Below, piece after piece: positions 59,925 to 64,000 of a stretch of DNA of 64,000 nucleotides. The notes under the pieces are model-generated. The model was not told the DNA's origin. It searched no databases and saw nothing but the letters and a program-made list of their open reading frames with translations. Made by a program: the position numbers and the translations under genes. Where the stretch lies: the NCBI RefSeq assembly GCF_000143415.4, contig NW_003314301.1, positions 1,356,981-1,420,980 of the forward strand. Reading direction: 5' to 3'. The stretch is from Selaginella moellendorffii. Lineage: Eukaryota > Plantae > Lycopodiophyta. Position 1 is the stretch's first letter. Each line of letters opens with the position of its first letter.

Positions 59925-61669
59925 TGTAAGCAACTAATTTTTCTATTCTACTTTAGTCACTTAACCACACCTTCGACCATTTGAAGGAGTCTCACTCACA
60001 ACCTTCGTAAGTTTTATTTTGGACTTAAGGACTTGCTAGCCCTAAGAATGGCATCCATGCCACTCAACTTTTGCACTCAAGTGTTCCACATATCCGATCC
60101 CATAACTGACACCCCAAAGTACCACCGACATATCAGCCCGTTACGTTAAGGCTATGCCCATTCACCTTTGTCACACTAGTGGTCTAACACCACCAGCATC
60201 ACAATTCCGTCTCTCAAAGATTGGGCCATCCATCCATGAGTGATCATCCTAGATCCATTTCTTAGCATCCTAGGATGCCCACAGACAAAGGGAATAGCCT
60301 TCCCCAATGTCCATTTTACATTCCCCACCAAGTCCCTTTCTGTCCATAGCCATGATTACCAACACTGCATCTAGATCAAAGCCCATAGGCTCGACCACCA
60401 AGTCCCACTATCCTCTGGGACTTCTTCACTATGTGACCATATCCTTGGTCACCACACTAGAGGATTCCTCCTCTTCCTTTCTACGGTCTGGGACTTTGGG
60501 ACAACATTTCGGAACACTGTGGCCCTATGCGGGCTTCGTGGGTACTCTCTTTGCTTTCCACCTTTAGATGCTTTAGCCATGGGCTTAGAGTGAGGTTCTA
60601 TTGAGCCATGCTTGGTATCCAAGTAGGTAGTGCCACCCACATTTGGACTGGGAGCATCGATCATTCGATTTCTCAGGGGAACTAGAGTTGGCTCTTGAAC
60701 ACTTCACTAAGCTACCCCGCTTGTCGGTCCGTATTCACTTTAGTTTTGGACTTCCCAGTGGTCAGCTCATCACCCAACACCTGGGTACAGCCTTCCTGGG
60801 CCAAGTTGGCCTTTCTTGGCCAAATTAGCTCCATTGGGCTCCAACCCCCACACTTTCTCTACTATACTTCCCCTACAGCCCCTTGCCCCCCGCCCCCCTC
60901 CTGAGGATGATCGGCCTATATTAGTATTCGGACTTGGACTCGGATTTGGACTCGGACTCGGACTTGGTCCCGGTCCCGGACTTGAACTTGGTCTTGGTCC
61001 CAGACTTGAACTCGGTCTCGGTCCCGGTTCCATCTCGGGTCCATCTCAGACTCCATCTTGGGTCCATCTGGAACTCCATCTCGGACTCCATCTTAGACTC
61101 CATCTCAGATTCCATCTCAGGTCCATCTCAGACTCCATTTTAGGTCCATTTCAGGTCCATCTCGGACTCCATCTCGGGTCCATCTCGAACTCTATCTTAG
61201 ACTTCATCTCAAACTCCATCTTGGGTCCATCTCGGACTCTATCTTGGGTCTATCTCGGGTCCATCTCGGACTCCATCTCAGACTCCATCTCGAACTCCAT
61301 CTCGGGTCCATCTCAGACTCCATCTCAGACTCCATCTCGAACTCCATCTCGGGTCCATCTCGGACTCCATCTCAGGCTCCATCTCAGGCTCCATCTCGGA
61401 CTCCATCTCAGGCTCCATCTTGGACTCTATCTCAGACACTTCCATGTGTCATGTTTTGGTCCTCTTGTGTCCCTTTTCTAGAGACTCACTTGTTACTCGC
61501 TTCATGCTTGTTCCTTGAGCACTTCATTGGGAGTTCCACTCCTGCTCTCGACCTTTCAAGTCGAAGCTTTGAGTCCAAACGTTTTACGCTCGTTTGGCTT
61601 TCACTTCGGCCACTACCATGTGACACCCTTTCGGCTCTACTTTGGGGCCTAGGGATTTTGTGTCTCACA
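59925..61669 (-). mobile_element. Solo LTR of the same family, inverted, TSD ACGAG/ATGAG
   Basis: TGTAAG...CTCACA; reverse complement of 57432-59081; 5-bp flanks differ by one CpG transition; (CTCCATCTCGGA)n at ~61030-61440. Confidence 0.85.
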
Positions 61670-61725
61670 ATGAGTGGAAAGTGTCGTAAAAGTAAGCTCG
61701 TAGAGCTAAAAAGGTGGAAACTCCT

Positions 61726-62398
61726 TGTAGCACATCTTATTTCTCTCCCCTTAAACCAACTGAAAAAGGGGCAATTGTTTGATGAGATAGCCCTTAGTGG
61801 CTATTTTATCCCCATTTATCCCCCAAAGTTCCAAGGATCCACGATGACAGTATATCCAAATTTGATCCCATGATCACATGCATTACACTCACCCCCCTTT
61901 AAAGATGTCAATGTCCTCATTGACTATTGACTAACAACCCCTATTGAGCTAAAGGGGAACTAGCACTTCCATTTCCGCACTGAATCTACTAATCCTTCCA
62001 TTGTGTAGATCAACTATTCTATGTGAGGCAGTTAGTCATCCACCCGTACCACAGTCCCACGGTAGATACCTTCGTCCATGGATACTTCACACAAGAGGAA
62101 AGACATACATATAGATGCCCAATACATACGATTTCAAATTTAGGGGTAAGAATATACCTTGCTCAAGGGTATATTATATTTTAAGTAGCCATTAATGAAT
62201 GGGAATTGAACTTGTACCATTTTCTTTGATACCAACTGTAGCGCACTTTATCTCTCTCCCCTTAAGCTAACTGAAAAAGGGGCAATTGCTTGATGAGAGA
62301 GCCTTTAGTGGCAATTTTATCCCCATTTATTCCCCAAGGTTCCAAGGATCCACAATGATAGTATATTTAGATCTTATCCCATGATCACATGTGCTACA
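61726..62398 (-). mobile_element. Complete 673-bp TRIM
   Basis: 162-bp LTRs at 61726-61887 and 62237-62398 (TGTAG...TACA); PBS TGGTATCAAAG (62224-62234); G-rich PPT (61888-61900); perfect TSD CTCCT. Confidence 0.9.
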
Positions 62399-64000
62399 CT
62401 CCTAATATCTTAAGGGATGAGTCCTTGAAGTTAAGTTGGTTGGTTCGTAAAAACCTTTTGCTAAAAGAATCTTAATAAAAACAAGATTAATATAGCATAA
62501 AATGGAAAGCATGCAATTCAAGTGTGTGGACCCAAATAATGAAGGAGGTGTGGAAGAACCAACAATGAGTTGTAGAATTTGATAATTATGAAGCAATTAA
62601 GCAAAATGTATAGCATAATTAATTGGATTGGTAGAAGTTAACTTCCCAAGACTTTTTATTGGGATAAAAAGGTTAGATATATCCTGTGTGGGATAAATTG
62701 TTTATGTTTATGATGTAGTGAGTCAATGTCATAAAGGGAAATATTCATTGTTAAAGAAAGCCATCATTGGGACACTCAAACATTCTAAAACACTAGGAAA
62801 TGGTGTTTAATAGCCTTTGCTATGGAATCGACAAAATACCTTAAGAATGGAGGTAGTGATCTTATATTACTTGGTGCAATAATCAAAGGATATGAACAAA
62901 AAACTAATGGCCAAGAATGAGTCATGGAAATCATTGGAAGGAAATATATTTCCAATGATGGATTCCTAAATGCTCCAATTTGGTGAAAGTGAAAACTCCA
63001 AGGGAGGGAGTGGCAAGGTAGCCAAAGATAAAGCTATGAATAACCCTAATACAAATTATGAATATATGGAATTTAGTGCCAAGTGCAACATGAAATAGAA
63101 GAGAAGATGATGGTGCCTTCAAATAAAGAACTTCCTAAGATGAAGATGTGGAGTTTGCACGATATGTGTAATACAAGGTGTTAGAGACACCCAAGAAATT
63201 GACTTGAGAAGTTATAATAAAAGTTTTAAAGTGCAATATTTATGTTGATAAAAGCCAAAACTATTCGGGAAAGAGTAGTGTGATTAAGAGAAGGTGTCTC
63301 TAATAGGTTTAACAAGGACTAAACCAATAAAGAGAGAGAACCACTATAAGTGGTCAACCAAGTCTTTAAATTGGAGAGACTATACTCCTTAGAGGATAAG
63401 AAAGGCATGATGAGCCTTCGGTGTTGAACCATCGACAAATATTCACTTGGTGTTAAGGATGGAAAAGTTAATACATGTTGGTGTTGCTTTATAAAATGGT
63501 TTATTGTTTGATGAGGACATTGAACTTCATCTATAGGTGATGGAGTTGTGAGACACAAATCCCTAAGCCCCAAAGTGGAACAGAAAAAGTGCTATATAGT
63601 AGTGGTTGAAGTGGAAGTCTAACAAGTGTAATACTTAGAAAGTCAAGAGTGGGAGTGGAACTCTAAACAAAGTGCTTGAGAGGAGTACGAAGCAATTGGT
63701 AAATGAGTCTTTAAAATGTGACACAAAAGGACAGATATATGGCAAGTGTCATGACACATGGAAGTGTTAAAAACAAGTCCAAGAAGGAGTCTGAGAAAGA
63801 GTCCGAGATGAAGTTCGATATGGACCTAAGATGGACCCGAGATGAAGCCTGAGATGGAGTTCGAGATGGACCCAAGATGGAGACTGAGATGGACCTGAGA
63901 TGGAGTCTAAGATGGACCCAAGATGGGTTCGAGGTGGAGCCTGAGATGGACATGAGATGAAGTCCAATGTTGTGGCTAAGGCCAATACCGAGACCAAGAC

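Larger units (their letters stand above)
57432..64000 (+). mobile_element. Degenerate LTR retrotransposon (5' LTR 57432-59081; 3' LTR from 63547) with nested insertions
   Basis: Homologous LTR starts TGTGA(G/A)ACACAAATCCCTAAG at 57432 and 63547; purine-rich tract before 63547; both carry (GAGATGGAGTCC)n arrays; internal region has no intact ORF. Confidence 0.65.

Noticed and set aside
57699-64000. Repetitive ORFs (LHLGLHL, SISDSIS) and a possible CRISPR-like array
   Set aside because: Translations of 12-bp and 6-bp tandem repeats with no unique spacers.

Overview
Eukaryotic plant genomic DNA, most likely a lycophyte such as Selaginella (inferred from very short introns, extreme gene compaction and PLS-PPR style). 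The left and central parts are gene-dense: F-box (partial), cyclophilin, PLS-class PPR, strictosidine-synthase-like, RPW8-NB-LRR pseudogene, proteasome alpha-2, complex I accessory subunit, DCD protein, ataxin-3, GPX, B-lectin, HST, RBM28/NOP4, UreD and germin-like. Many deleted local duplicates lie among them, plus a 942-nt N gap and a decayed LINE-like tract. The right ~13 kb is a nest of decayed mobile DNA. Two things stand out. (1) A decayed, intron-containing minus-strand gene at ~51.5-54.9 kb, missed by the ORF track, combines a ParB-like domain (WEGNH[R]LKA) with a bacterial/phage-type beta-class N4C/N6A DNA methyltransferase domain. (2) A 2.6-kb insertion with one 5-bp TSD in the NLR joins an inverted Copia gag/RT-RNaseH module to a TRIM whose LTR carries a full tRNA-like cloverleaf. 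All translations and alignments were done by eye; no database searches were run.
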